In this document: one piece after another, positions 18,581 through 28,488 of the stretch
How the letters are laid out: each line of letters opens with the position of its first letter
How positions within the stretch are numbered: the first letter of the stretch is position 1
Origin: Opitutales bacterium
Lineage (GTDB): Bacteria; Verrucomicrobiota; Verrucomicrobiia; Opitutales; Seribacteraceae
Reading direction: 5' to 3'
DNA length: 64,000 nt
Assembly: GCA_029252505.1 (NCBI GenBank)
Contig: JAQXBH010000093.1
Coordinates: forward strand, 526 to 64,525
Notes under the pieces: model-generated
Databases searched by the model: none
Told to the model about the DNA's origin: nothing
The model's input: the letters and a program-made list of their open reading frames with translations, nothing else
Translations under genes and position numbers: made by a program

Positions 18581-19690
18581 TTAAGCAATTGGTTTCGCAA
18601 GCAACCTTCTCGCCTTTAATCTATGGTAGTAATAAGCGTGGGACTTGTAAACTTGTGCTAAAATTTCAGCGACTACCTGATAAAAATCAAGTGGAATCGG
18701 TTCTCCAATACGCCCGAGCAAAAAGAGTGCACGTGCCACTGGTTTGTTCTCAATGGTGGGTACATCGTTCTCTGCAGCAATTAATTTTATCCTTCTAGCC
18801 AATATGTTTTCTCCTTTCGCGATTACGACAGGAGCAAGATCCATGCCCTTTTCATAGCGAAGGGCAATTGCATAGTGAGTGGGATTAGTCACTACTACAT
18901 CAGCCGTGCCAACATCCATTAAGTTCTGACCAGATAGCAACTCCATCGCCTTTTTTCGTTGTGCTGATTTTATCTCAGGTGCAACTTCTTTACTTTTTGT
19001 CTCCTCCTTCACCTCATCTTTCGTCATCTTCATCTCTTCATCATTTTCTTTCTTCTTAATCATGTAATTGATGATTGCGATAATCAGTAAAAGAAGGACT
19101 AAAATTGCAAACATTGTTACAAATAAATCATAAATAAAAATAGGTAAGTGCTGAATGGGTATTGGGGCATAGAAAATAGGGTCATCAAAAAAAATAATTA
19201 ACGTTAGCCAAACCACTGTTCCAATTATCGAAAACTTCAAAAAATCAATCATGAAAGTCTTCAGTCCTTTTAATCCAAAGATTCTTTTGAATCCGCTGAT
19301 AGGATTAAATTTACTCAATTTAGGCTCAATCGCTTTGGGAGTAAGACGAAAACCTGTCTGTAAACCCTCCGCCACAAATGCAGCAATAAAAGTCAAAGCT
19401 AACATAGGGAACACAATTACTCCAAGAAATATAAATGCACCTTGTAATGTAGTAGCCATACCCTCTTGGGTAGCTTTTATCGTATGAAGATTTTGCATTA
19501 TTGACTTCGTAAAAGCCATAACATCCAAAGCCTTACTCGGGCCATAAAACAAAATCACAACTAGACCAGCAAGCATCGTCAAGGTCATCCCAATTTCAGG
19601 AGCTTTCGCAAACTGCCCTTTCGATCGAGAATCTGATAATTTCTTGGCAGTAGGTGGTTCCGTCTTCGAGCTTTTATCTACATCTGACAT
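18581..19690 (-). CDS. flhB: Flagellar export switch protein FlhB
   Basis: KTEPPTAKKL and the NPTH autocleavage motif. Confidence 0.97.
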   Translation of the reverse strand: MSDVDKSSKTEPPTAKKLSDSRSKGQFAKAPEIGMTLTMLAGLVVILFYGPSKALDVMAFTKSIMQNLHTIKATQEGMATTLQGAFIFLGVIVFPMLALTFIAAFVAEGLQTGFRLTPKAIEPKLSKFNPISGFKRIFGLKGLKTFMIDFLKFSIIGTVVWLTLIIFFDDPIFYAPIPIQHLPIFIYDLFVTMFAILVLLLLIIAIINYMIKKKENDEEMKMTKDEVKEETKSKEVAPEIKSAQRKKAMELLSGQNLMDVGTADVVVTNPTHYAIALRYEKGMDLAPVVIAKGENILARRIKLIAAENDVPTIENKPVARALFLLGRIGEPIPLDFYQVVAEILAQVYKSHAYYYHRLKARRLLAKPIA

Positions 19691-19694
19691 TAGA

Positions 19695-20459
19695 CTATCC
19701 TGGTTGAATTATTTTCAACATAATCTCAACCGATCGCTTGCTGTTATCTACAATGTATGAAGTAATCAAAAGGATTGAAGAAACAAGTAATACGAGCCCA
19801 GATAAGATTCGTATCGCAAAACTTGTCATAAAAACATTCATTTTGGGAACGGCTTTTCCAAGAACTGCAAATGATATGTTAATTAAAAAATTTAATGCAA
19901 TGAAGGGAGCAGCGATAAGCGTCCCCAGAACAAATACATGAGATACTTCTGAAACAAAATCAGCAGTTGGGTTCGCGGTTAAAAAGAATGTGCCAATGGG
20001 GAATATCTCAAATGTTAAAACAAAAGCCTTAAGTACATCATAGTGAATACCATTAATAAAAAAAACAAGGAGACTGAAGTAGTATAAAAGAGTAGTCACA
20101 GTTGAATCAGTAGATCCCAGTAAGGGGTTTACACTATTGCTTGCCATTAGTCCTATCTCATAGGAAATCAAGTGACCTGCCAGTTCAACGGCAAAAAATA
20201 CCATTCGAACCACCATGGCTAGCAATAAGCCAATACATATCTCGTTGATAGACAGAATAATTGCCCCTGCGAAATGATTGGCAATCTCAAGGTTTGCTGG
20301 GACCATTGGGTTGATTAACAAGGAAAGAAGCAAGCCAAATGCAGTTCTTATTTTTGCGGGTATCATTTTTCCGGCAAATAAAGGGATCCCCAAAAAAAAT
20401 GCTCCAGTCCGTAAAAAAACAAGTACCCAAACAACAATTTGACTAGCTTCAATAGTCAC
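19695..20459 (-). CDS. fliR: Export gate protein FliR
   Basis: Hydrophobic; ELAGHLISYEIGL, LGKAVPKMNVF. Confidence 0.95.
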   Translation of the reverse strand: MTIEASQIVVWVLVFLRTGAFFLGIPLFAGKMIPAKIRTAFGLLLSLLINPMVPANLEIANHFAGAIILSINEICIGLLLAMVVRMVFFAVELAGHLISYEIGLMASNSVNPLLGSTDSTVTTLLYYFSLLVFFINGIHYDVLKAFVLTFEIFPIGTFFLTANPTADFVSEVSHVFVLGTLIAAPFIALNFLINISFAVLGKAVPKMNVFMTSFAIRILSGLVLLVSSILLITSYIVDNSKRSVEIMLKIIQPG

Positions 20460-20725
20460 TGTGCCATAGTTGGAAGCATATTAATCATGGAAATACAAAA
20501 TTCAGTTAAAGTCTTTAATATAAAATTAGCTGAAAGTACAATTGCCAGAGAAACACAAACTAACTTAGGCACAAAAGTTAATGTCTGCTCCTGAAGACTT
20601 GTAATACCTTGAATAAAACTTACTAAAAGTCCAACAACTGTAGCAGTGCCAAGGATCGGGATTGCTAAAATAAGTCCTGTCTGCAACAGGTTTCTCATTA
20701 TATCCACTGCTAGTTCCATTGTCAT
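20456..20725 (-). CDS. fliQ: Export gate protein FliQ
   Basis: QGITSLQEQTLTFVPKL. Confidence 0.97.
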   Translation of the reverse strand: MTMELAVDIMRNLLQTGLILAIPILGTATVVGLLVSFIQGITSLQEQTLTFVPKLVCVSLAIVLSANFILKTLTEFCISMINMLPTMAQ

Positions 20726-20740
20726 ACCCTAATCCCCCCT

Positions 20741-21532
20741 CTACGCGATATTAAAACTATTAACAAGTGATTGAATTACTAGATACCATCCATCTACCAG
20801 TACGAAAAGTAACAACTTAAACGGCATCGATATTACGACCGGCGGCATCATCATCATCCCCATAGACATAAGGGTGGATGCAACAATGAAATCCACAATA
20901 ATAAATGGTATGAAAATTAGAAATCCCATCTGAAATGCAGTACGTAGTTCGCTCAGCACAAAAGAAGGGACGACAATACTTAAAGGAAGTTGATCTCGGG
21001 TCATCGCACCTTGCTTTGAAATTTCTAGAAAAAACTGCACATCCTGTTGGCGAGTCTGATTCATCATAAAGTCCTTCATATGAGCAGTCGCTACCATGAG
21101 TGCATCACTTGATTTCATTGTGGCCGACATGTATGGGGTTACTGCGTCATCGTAAATTTTATTCCAAACGGGTCCCATCACGAAAAAGGTTAGAAATAAT
21201 GCAAGTCCTACAATTATCTGGCTAGAAGGGGCAGAATTAACGCCAATCGCATTTCTGACAAAACCGAGCACAATAATCATCCTGGTAAAACAAGTCATCA
21301 TCATGATGACTGAGGGACCGAGAGACAAAATTGTCATTGCTACAACAAGTTGTATCGCAACCCCAAAATCCCCCTCGTCATTTGAACCAGTTACATCAAT
21401 TCGAAGACCAGGGGCTCCAGCACCAGTGGTTTGAGCGTCCAAGCATGTATGTGAGAAGCTAAAAAAAAGAAAGCCCAATAAAATCAAGGCAAAAAGTCTT
21501 ACCCTTTTTAAAATTAACAATACTTTCTTCAA
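20741..21532 (-). CDS. fliP: Export gate protein FliP
   Basis: MTCFTRMIIVL, SELRTAFQMGF, MGMMMMPP, PFKLLLFVLVDGW. Confidence 0.98.
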   Translation of the reverse strand: MKKVLLILKRVRLFALILLGFLFFSFSHTCLDAQTTGAGAPGLRIDVTGSNDEGDFGVAIQLVVAMTILSLGPSVIMMMTCFTRMIIVLGFVRNAIGVNSAPSSQIIVGLALFLTFFVMGPVWNKIYDDAVTPYMSATMKSSDALMVATAHMKDFMMNQTRQQDVQFFLEISKQGAMTRDQLPLSIVVPSFVLSELRTAFQMGFLIFIPFIIVDFIVASTLMSMGMMMMPPVVISMPFKLLLFVLVDGWYLVIQSLVNSFNIA

Positions 21533-21882
21533 CCAGTCACCTTTCCTATATCATTAGTTAAATCGTTACTTAACGAAGATTGGTTATCTAATTTCGCCAA
21601 GTGATTAATCGAACTAGAACTCACTCCTAAAAGGTGTTTTTCATCCCCATATTGCGCCACCATTAAAAACTGCCGATTGCCAAGAGAACAGGTATCAGCA
21701 ATAACGATTTCGCCCTCTTTGATAGAACTTAACCTCGTTCTTTTTTTCTTAGTATAAATGGAGAGAAAATAAGCACTTGCACCTAAAACTCCAATAAATC
21801 CAATTACCCGAATCCATAAGTATAGCATTTCGGCATCAGAGCTAACAAATGATGAAGAAACTGCAAAGTAATCTAGCATCAT
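21529..21882 (-). CDS. fliO: FliO export-gate assembly chaperone
   Basis: One TM helix plus SLGNRQFLMVAQYGDEKHLLGVS; upstream of fliP. Confidence 0.88.
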   Translation of the reverse strand: MMLDYFAVSSSFVSSDAEMLYLWIRVIGFIGVLGASAYFLSIYTKKKRTRLSSIKEGEIVIADTCSLGNRQFLMVAQYGDEKHLLGVSSSSINHLAKLDNQSSLSNDLTNDIGKVTG

Positions 21883-21893
21883 TTCAATGATTT

Positions 21894-21930
21894 AAAAAAT
21901 GCATTCAACTGCGGTTCGCAGGTGAAGGCA
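21894..21930 (-). terminator. Intra-operonic intrinsic terminator/attenuator between fliN and fliO
   Basis: Minus strand TGCCTTCACCTGCG-AAC-CGCAGTTGAATGCA (14-bp stem, two mismatches) followed by TTTTTT. Confidence 0.6.
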
Positions 21931-21942
21931 AAGAAGGGAGAT

Positions 21943-22191
21943 TCACGATGCCGAATCAACTATCTCGGTAATCTTAAGTCCAAAACGGTCGTCAATTACA
22001 ACAACTTCACCGTGGGCAATAAGTTTTCCATTAACCAGTAAGCTAACAGGATCTTTGGCATTTTGCTTCAATTGAATTTGAGCACCAGGGCTGAGTTCTA
22101 CCACTTCTTTCATTGGAAGTTCTGCCGTTCCTAATTGGACTGTGACACTTACCTTCACATCCATCACAATATCCATTTTTTTACTATCCAT
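21943..22191 (-). CDS. fliN: C-ring protein FliN
   Basis: SpoA domain: VMDVKVSVTVQLG...LIAHGEVVVIDDRFGLKITEI. Confidence 0.96.
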   Translation of the reverse strand: MDSKKMDIVMDVKVSVTVQLGTAELPMKEVVELSPGAQIQLKQNAKDPVSLLVNGKLIAHGEVVVIDDRFGLKITEIVDSAS

Positions 22192-23197
22192 GTTTTTTTC
22201 CGATTAATTTTACAGCTTCAACAATACTTTCACTTACCTGAAAAGCCACCTGGTCCGATTCTATTCCGATCTCACCGATGAAGCAGGTTCTTCCTTCAAT
22301 CCTTAAGTTTGTCTTTTCAATTAAGGCAGGTGACATTTCGATCACATCATCGACCTCTAAATTCGACAGATCTCTTAAACTCAATTCAAACGCATCCCAT
22401 TCTGCTGAAACTGAGACTGGAATTTCGTCATAAATTTCATGCCATCTCGGTGGTTTAACTGTCTGTTTCTCAGTTGAAGAAACCGCATTTAACAAGCGAC
22501 TCACAACTGGTTCTAGTGTGTAGTATGGAACCGCAATCCTCATCGGTCCAGATACATCACCAAAAGATGCCTCCATACTCATAATTAACATCATCGCATC
22601 GGTTGGAGAGGTTTGCAGGAATTTCCCAGAACTTTCTGTACCAATAATACTGGGAGTAAGCGACATTGTATTTTGCCATTGCTTACACCATTCTTCCAAA
22701 ATGATTTGATTAAAATCTTCCACAAGGGCTTTTTCTATGTCAGTCAATCCTCGCTCTTCAGGGTTAGTAGAACCCCGTCCGCCAAGAATTCGATCGACAA
22801 CTGTTGCGGATAAATGAGAGTTAACATCCAACAAACAAACTCCATTTAATTCTTGGAGTTTAAACATAGTTATACAGGATGGGTTCTTTATAGACTGAGT
22901 AAAATTGGCGTACAAATCAGCAGTTAGATCTTCTAATTCAAGATTAAACTCCGTCCTCAAAAACATCGAGAGATGACCCGCTAAATAATAAACAAATTGT
23001 TCTGACTTTGTTTTCAATTTACTCAAATCCGCATCCGATAGTACTATGGGATTTGTAAAGTCATACTTTTTAATTTTGACCGCCGATAGATCAGTGATTT
23101 TCTCACCTTCACAGTTAAATACAGGTTGCCCATCAGCAGAACCTTGTAATTCGCTTATATCGAAGCTTTCGTCTTTAAAATTTGGATCGGAAGACAT
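22184..23197 (-). CDS. fliM: C-ring switch protein FliM
   Basis: IKKYDF, VDRILGGRG, LTDIE, IAVPYYTLEP and a C-terminal SpoA domain. Confidence 0.94.
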   Translation of the reverse strand: MSSDPNFKDESFDISELQGSADGQPVFNCEGEKITDLSAVKIKKYDFTNPIVLSDADLSKLKTKSEQFVYYLAGHLSMFLRTEFNLELEDLTADLYANFTQSIKNPSCITMFKLQELNGVCLLDVNSHLSATVVDRILGGRGSTNPEERGLTDIEKALVEDFNQIILEEWCKQWQNTMSLTPSIIGTESSGKFLQTSPTDAMMLIMSMEASFGDVSGPMRIAVPYYTLEPVVSRLLNAVSSTEKQTVKPPRWHEIYDEIPVSVSAEWDAFELSLRDLSNLEVDDVIEMSPALIEKTNLRIEGRTCFIGEIGIESDQVAFQVSESIVEAVKLIGKKHG

Positions 23198-23208
23198 TTA
23201 AAATCAGA

Positions 23209-23748
23209 TTATTGGACTACAAAGTTTGTGAAGTAAATTTGTCTAATCAAATCACTTTCACCATCTCTATACTTCCGTAGAATTGAAGAAAAGCCTTTTT
23301 TTAAATCAACTCGGACTCTTTCCTGGAAACCATCAAGTTGAGCATCTTCGTAGGTATACCCACCCATAATGGCGAGTGCTTTATCACGAATCCTGTGCTG
23401 ATACATATCGAGTACTTTCTCAAAGTCACCTGCCTGACCCTCTAATTTTAAATCTAGATTGATATAACGAGATTTAATCGGGCCTCCCAAATTAGTGATT
23501 AAAGAATTAAGTTCATAAATTTTCTCCTCACCTGATGGCTCCATATCCAGGGGTTGCCCACCTTCAGTTATTTGAGGCTTTATGGTTTCCTCTGGTTTAT
23601 TCATCTTAATCAACAAAAACATAGCACCTACTGTCAAAGCAGGGGCAAGAATAATTGCTATAAGAGCAGGAATTAAGTTACCACCACCTGCTTTGGGGGC
23701 AGGAACCTCAGTGGTTTCAGGAAGTTCGTCAAGTTGAGCGGCACACAT
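23209..23748 (-). CDS. fliL: Basal-body associated protein FliL
   Basis: TM helix, ITNLGG, IRD, IYFTNFVVQ. Confidence 0.93.
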   Translation of the reverse strand: MCAAQLDELPETTEVPAPKAGGGNLIPALIAIILAPALTVGAMFLLIKMNKPEETIKPQITEGGQPLDMEPSGEEKIYELNSLITNLGGPIKSRYINLDLKLEGQAGDFEKVLDMYQHRIRDKALAIMGGYTYEDAQLDGFQERVRVDLKKGFSSILRKYRDGESDLIRQIYFTNFVVQ

Positions 23749-23773
23749 ATCGTTAGGGAATAAAGGTTAAAGT

Positions 23774-24625
23774 CTATCGTTTAAGGTTAACGGCTTCAGA
23801 GAGAATCATATCAGAAGTTGTCACGACACGAGACCCGGCCTGAAAAGAACGCTGGTGAGAAATCATGGCAGCAAACTCATTAGTCAGATCCACATTAGAC
23901 AATTCTAAAGCATATTGCTTGAGCTTACCGTTGGAGCCTGTTGCTGGAATTGTGTTATCACTAATACCAGCAATGTTTTGACCGGCTTGTCCATTCGAAT
24001 AAAATCCATTCCCTACCCTTCTTAGATATTGAGGAGAGAGAAAATTGTTAAGTTTAATTTGACCTGAACCTCTGATTTCATCTACTCCGTCTTTATTTAC
24101 AACTAAATTGATTTTACCATCTTCCTCGATCCTACGCGCCAGGAGAGTTTCTCCCTCTTGCGTTCCTACAACCAAAGGACCATCTAACCCCTGTAATTGA
24201 TATCGGTATTGGTCTCGAGTAACAACAAATCCTTCCACAGTTGATTCAAATGCACCCGCTCTTGTGTAAAACAATTCGCCAGTTACGGGATCTGCTATTT
24301 CAAAAAAACCACCCCCGTTAGGCAGTGCTTCACCTTGAATTGCCAAATCCAAATCTAAACCTGTGATTTCTACAGTACCTTGTGTGAAATCGGAAGATAT
24401 TGAACCAACATGAACGCCCGTACCATGTTGTTGAATGTTGTTGCTGGGCACACCACCCGCACCAGACTCCGCGTCATTCATGTGTAAATAAAAATTGTCA
24501 GAGTAATTTGCCCTAGAAGACTTGTACCCGAGAGAATTTACATTGGAAATGTTGTTTCCAAGAACCTGTAATCCTTGGGTAAGACTTTTAAGGGCGGTAA
24601 CACCGTTATGTAATGAAGCAATCAT
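23774..24625 (-). CDS. flgE: Flagellar hook protein FlgE (short, 283 aa)
   Basis: GNNISNVNSLGYKSSR, YTRAGAF, LELSNVDLTNEFAAMISHQRSFQAGSR; directly after flgD. Confidence 0.9.
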   Translation of the reverse strand: MIASLHNGVTALKSLTQGLQVLGNNISNVNSLGYKSSRANYSDNFYLHMNDAESGAGGVPSNNIQQHGTGVHVGSISSDFTQGTVEITGLDLDLAIQGEALPNGGGFFEIADPVTGELFYTRAGAFESTVEGFVVTRDQYRYQLQGLDGPLVVGTQEGETLLARRIEEDGKINLVVNKDGVDEIRGSGQIKLNNFLSPQYLRRVGNGFYSNGQAGQNIAGISDNTIPATGSNGKLKQYALELSNVDLTNEFAAMISHQRSFQAGSRVVTTSDMILSEAVNLKR

Positions 24626-25057
24626 TTACAGTTTTGGATTGCTCACACGAGTAATATTTGCAGGAAGATAATTCTTATCCCCAACAGTTACAAAAACTTC
24701 TCCATCATCGTTCTTTTCGACGGAATCGACAAGGCCAGTAACATCTTGTCCTTCCTCAGAAATATTGACCATTTTTCCAAGATAAGCTTGTGCAACCATA
24801 TCTTTCTGAGAATCAGCAAATGTCTCAAAACCTTTAGTAAATTGCTGCATTTGTTCCAATGAAGCAATGTTTGCCATTTGAGAAATGAACTCGGTATCTT
24901 TCATTGGCTCAAGTGGATCTTGGTTACTAATCTGACTAGTGAGCAACTGAAGGAAATCTTCCATCTGCATAGCAGAGTTAGAAGAATTGGACGCATCTGA
25001 TAAAGTAGATGCTCGAGGATTTTGGTTTGCTTGGGATGCTGCTAGTGCGTCTATCAT
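24626..25057 (-). CDS. flgD: Hook capping protein FlgD
   Basis: DFLQLLTSQISNQDPLEPMKDTEFISQMA. Confidence 0.97.
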   Translation of the reverse strand: MIDALAASQANQNPRASTLSDASNSSNSAMQMEDFLQLLTSQISNQDPLEPMKDTEFISQMANIASLEQMQQFTKGFETFADSQKDMVAQAYLGKMVNISEEGQDVTGLVDSVEKNDDGEVFVTVGDKNYLPANITRVSNPKL

Positions 25058-25082
25058 GATATTATATTGTAAAAATTAAAAT

Positions 25083-26033
25083 TTAAGCTGCTTTTAGAAA
25101 AAAGGTGTCCATCTCTTGGTAATCAGAAAAGACATGAATATTGACCTCAACTTCCTGGTCTGAGTCTATTTTCTGCTTAATACCCTTTTGGCAATCATTA
25201 AGCATAATTCGAGTTTTCTCGTCAGGAGCGATAAAGCATAGGGAAACTCCGTTTTCAGATTTTTCTAATCGAACTCCAAGTTTTCCGCCATGGGGTAAAT
25301 CAATTGCAAAACGGACCACTTTCTTTGAAAATTTATTGGTATACGATACTCGAGGAGAAACAGCCTTGCTAATTAAGCTTACTAGTTTATGGACAGTCGA
25401 AGAATCAGTAGTGTAAGAATTGGTAGCACCAACCTCCAAACTAGAGGTTTCTTTATCATTATAATTCATCTTACTTATTGAACGAGCATTTTTTGCGCCA
25501 TGATCCTTATCCTTTTTGCCGCGATCTTGATTTTGGTTATCTCTATTAATTGACCTATGCGTTGGTTCATTAAATACAGGGAGTTTCGAAGGTTCCCTTG
25601 GAGTTAATATTACTGCAGGACGGGCATTGAGAGCAGATACATTAACGCTCTTCGCTGTTGTCGGTGGTTGAAGAAAATTAGATTTAAGTAAAACTTGCTT
25701 CGTCGGGCTTGTGTTTGGATTAGAGGAAAGTTTGTTGGATGGCGATACCCGGGGAGTAATTTTACTAGATTCAGACAAAATTGCTCTTTCAAAACTAATA
25801 TTGGACCGGTTGGAAGAATTAGGGTTGGAGTTTTGTTTCGCTGAATAAGAATTGTTGGTTTTGGAAGAAACAGGAGAACCATTCTTACTCGATTTTGGAG
25901 TCAATGTGCTCGGCTTTTTGATATCAGGAGAATCTTGAGGCATCCAAAATGAACCATTCCTCCCAATTGTCTGATGCTTGGGAATAGAATTGCCATTCGA
26001 AAAACTTTGAATCTGCGGCGAATCTGTCATCAA
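25083..26033 (-). CDS. fliK: Hook-length control protein FliK-like
   Basis: Low-complexity S/N/P/K-rich N-terminus, C-terminal IDLPHGGKLGVRL...VSLCFIA beta domain; directly before flgD. Confidence 0.72.
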   Translation of the reverse strand: MMTDSPQIQSFSNGNSIPKHQTIGRNGSFWMPQDSPDIKKPSTLTPKSSKNGSPVSSKTNNSYSAKQNSNPNSSNRSNISFERAILSESSKITPRVSPSNKLSSNPNTSPTKQVLLKSNFLQPPTTAKSVNVSALNARPAVILTPREPSKLPVFNEPTHRSINRDNQNQDRGKKDKDHGAKNARSISKMNYNDKETSSLEVGATNSYTTDSSTVHKLVSLISKAVSPRVSYTNKFSKKVVRFAIDLPHGGKLGVRLEKSENGVSLCFIAPDEKTRIMLNDCQKGIKQKIDSDQEVEVNIHVFSDYQEMDTFFLKAA

Positions 26034-26039
26034 TAAAAT

Positions 26040-26711
26040 TTAGTTCGCAGGAATTCCGGTTGGGGCTAGGTCGCCCAAATCCAAACTAGGTAACAGTCCA
26101 CGGTCTCTCATTGAAAGAGCATCAGCAAGCTCGATCAAAGAATCCTCATCGCTGTTATACATAAAGGAAATAATGGGAGCTTTGTCTTCCGCTTTGAGAA
26201 GTTCAAATATCGTCAGTGCTTCTTCAAACCTACGTTTTTGTCTCCAATTTTGAATTTCAACAGTCGCAACTTCCGGTCCCATTTCAACCCACCTCTTGGA
26301 GGTATCTTTGTACTCTTTTAATTTTTCCTCACTTAAATCCTGCCCTTGTCTTGCTTCAAAATCAGCTAATCGAGCAGACAGATCATCCTGGATTTGATTC
26401 ATTTCTTTCTTCTGCTTTTCGAGTGCTTCTAAGTCCATTGCGATCGCAGATTCCCGGGAGTCGAGCTCAGTTTCTCTTTCTAGCAATTTTTCTTTCAATG
26501 CAGCCAACTCTTTGGATAGTTGGTTCATCGAATGAGTTTCCGCAGGGGAATAACTGGTATCATCGGCATCGAATTCAACACTGGTAAATTCTGCCTTGAT
26601 CTCTGGTTTAGGTTTAAACAAATCATCGTAGCTCAATACTACCATAAAACCAGCGGATCCGACTGATAGCAATACAGCTAATATAACAATAATAATGGGT
26701 GATATTTTCAT
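26040..26711 (-). CDS. MotE/FlbB/YlxF-like membrane-anchored coiled-coil flagellar protein
   Basis: N-terminal TM, long coiled coil, MgtE_N-like C-terminus (RWVEMGPEVA); position fliJ-X-fliK as for Bacillus ylxF. Confidence 0.65.
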   Translation of the reverse strand: MKISPIIIVILAVLLSVGSAGFMVVLSYDDLFKPKPEIKAEFTSVEFDADDTSYSPAETHSMNQLSKELAALKEKLLERETELDSRESAIAMDLEALEKQKKEMNQIQDDLSARLADFEARQGQDLSEEKLKEYKDTSKRWVEMGPEVATVEIQNWRQKRRFEEALTIFELLKAEDKAPIISFMYNSDEDSLIELADALSMRDRGLLPSLDLGDLAPTGIPAN

Positions 26712-26713
26712 AA

Positions 26714-27166
26714 TTAATAACTCGTGTTGTTGAAAACAAAACGAGCACCAATGATATCCTCAAGTTCTGTTTCCTCCTTTTTTTCTTCTGTTTTTAAATG
26801 CTCGCTTCTTTTCTTATTTTTAAGCTTCAGTAAACTCTTGCAGTTGGAATCTGCTTCCAAGTAGATTTTACGTTTAGCAGATTCTATATTTTTTGAATCC
26901 GCAAGCTTTGAATTGAAATCAATAATCTCTCCTTTTTTTCGATTAATTGATTGGTTGAAATTCTCTTGTTCATGCCCAGAAAACCCAGATGTTCTTTTAA
27001 TCACAATATCCTGGTTAAGAATTTCTAAACTTTTTACTGCATTTCTAAGTTCAACCTCAGCATTTTCACGATTTGAAATCGCGAGTGCATAATTTTTCAT
27101 TGCTTTATCTTTAGACATTTCACGAAGTTGCAAAAGAGTCTCCAAGCGAAAAGTAAATGCCTTCAT
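26714..27166 (-). CDS. fliJ: Flagellar export protein FliJ
   Basis: MKAFTFRLETLLQLRE, coiled coil; follows fliI. Confidence 0.92.
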   Translation of the reverse strand: MKAFTFRLETLLQLREMSKDKAMKNYALAISNRENAEVELRNAVKSLEILNQDIVIKRTSGFSGHEQENFNQSINRKKGEIIDFNSKLADSKNIESAKRKIYLEADSNCKSLLKLKNKKRSEHLKTEEKKEETELEDIIGARFVFNNTSY

Positions 27167-28488
27167 GAACCAAAAATTTCTGCAAGTTGTTGAAATGAGG
27201 ATTCTCGAGTCGAAACTTGATCATACCTTTGCTTAAGAAATGAATCAACCCTATCAAATTTTTCAATCGCCCGATCTATTTTAGGATTACTATTTTTGAC
27301 ATAAGCACCGACATTAATTAGGTCTTCATTTTGCTTGTAAACGGAAAGTAAATCGCGAGCCTCAGAAATAATCTGAATTTCCGACTCAGTGCATACTGCA
27401 CGATCCAAACGACTTACGCTTTGCAATACATCCACAGCAGGAAAATGATTTGCATTTGCAAGTTTACGACTAAGAACGATATGCCCATCGAGAAAACCTC
27501 TGACTGCATCTGCAACGGGTTCATTCATATCATCTCCCTCGACTAGAACAGTATAAATAGCGGTAATTGCACCCGAATCACTCGTTCCAGTTCTTTCAAG
27601 TAATTTTGGTAATAAAGAGAAAACCGAGGGTACATAGCCCCGGGATGCAGGGGGTTCTCCTGCGGCGAGGCCAATCTCGCGTTGTGCCATCGCAAAACGA
27701 GTTAAGGAATCCATTAACAGAAGAACTTTTGAACCTTCGTTACGAAATCCCTCCGCAATTGCAGTTGCTAAGATAGAAGCCCGTATTCTCATCGGCGCAG
27801 GTTGATCGGAAGTAGAAACTACAATTACAGTCTTCTTCATTCCTTCTGGCCCAAGATCTTTTTCCACAAATTCTCTTAATTCTCGACCACGCTCCCCTAC
27901 CAGAGAGATTACATTGATATCAGAATCAGAGCCTCGGGCAATCATACCAAGCAGGATGGATTTCCCGACTCCACTACCTGAAAATATTCCAACCCTTTGG
28001 CCGACACCTAATGGTATAAAAGTATCAATTGATTTAATTCCTGTACTAAAGGCTTCTGAGATCATTGAGCGACTCAATGGGTTAGGCGGTTCTGCATAGA
28101 AACCCTCTCGCCGAGGGGTAAGAAGTGGACCTTTGCCATCAATAGGCCTTCCCATTCCATCGATAATTCTACCTAGTAAAGCAGGTCCGGAAGGCACAAA
28201 ATTATTGTTACGCTGAGAAGACACCTTACAACCTGGATGAATTAGATGTACGCTATCCAAAGCCATTAAAAGGACAAAATTATCCCTAAACCCGACTACC
28301 TGTGCTTCAATTTTTTCCTTATGTCTATCCGAAACAATTGAGCAAACTTGACCGATACTTACCTCCGGGCCTTCGGATTCAATAATGAGTCCAGTTACCC
28401 GACGTACCGTTCCCACTTTATCATAAGTTCTTACTCCCTTAATTCCATTCTCCATGAAGGCGAATCTCTCATCAAGTGACTCAATCAT
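27163..28488 (-). CDS. fliI: Flagellar export ATPase FliI
   Basis: GSGVGKS, GERGRE, DSLTRFAMAQREIG, LDGHIVLSR. Confidence 0.98.
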   Translation of the reverse strand: MIESLDERFAFMENGIKGVRTYDKVGTVRRVTGLIIESEGPEVSIGQVCSIVSDRHKEKIEAQVVGFRDNFVLLMALDSVHLIHPGCKVSSQRNNNFVPSGPALLGRIIDGMGRPIDGKGPLLTPRREGFYAEPPNPLSRSMISEAFSTGIKSIDTFIPLGVGQRVGIFSGSGVGKSILLGMIARGSDSDINVISLVGERGRELREFVEKDLGPEGMKKTVIVVSTSDQPAPMRIRASILATAIAEGFRNEGSKVLLLMDSLTRFAMAQREIGLAAGEPPASRGYVPSVFSLLPKLLERTGTSDSGAITAIYTVLVEGDDMNEPVADAVRGFLDGHIVLSRKLANANHFPAVDVLQSVSRLDRAVCTESEIQIISEARDLLSVYKQNEDLINVGAYVKNSNPKIDRAIEKFDRVDSFLKQRYDQVSTRESSFQQLAEIFGS

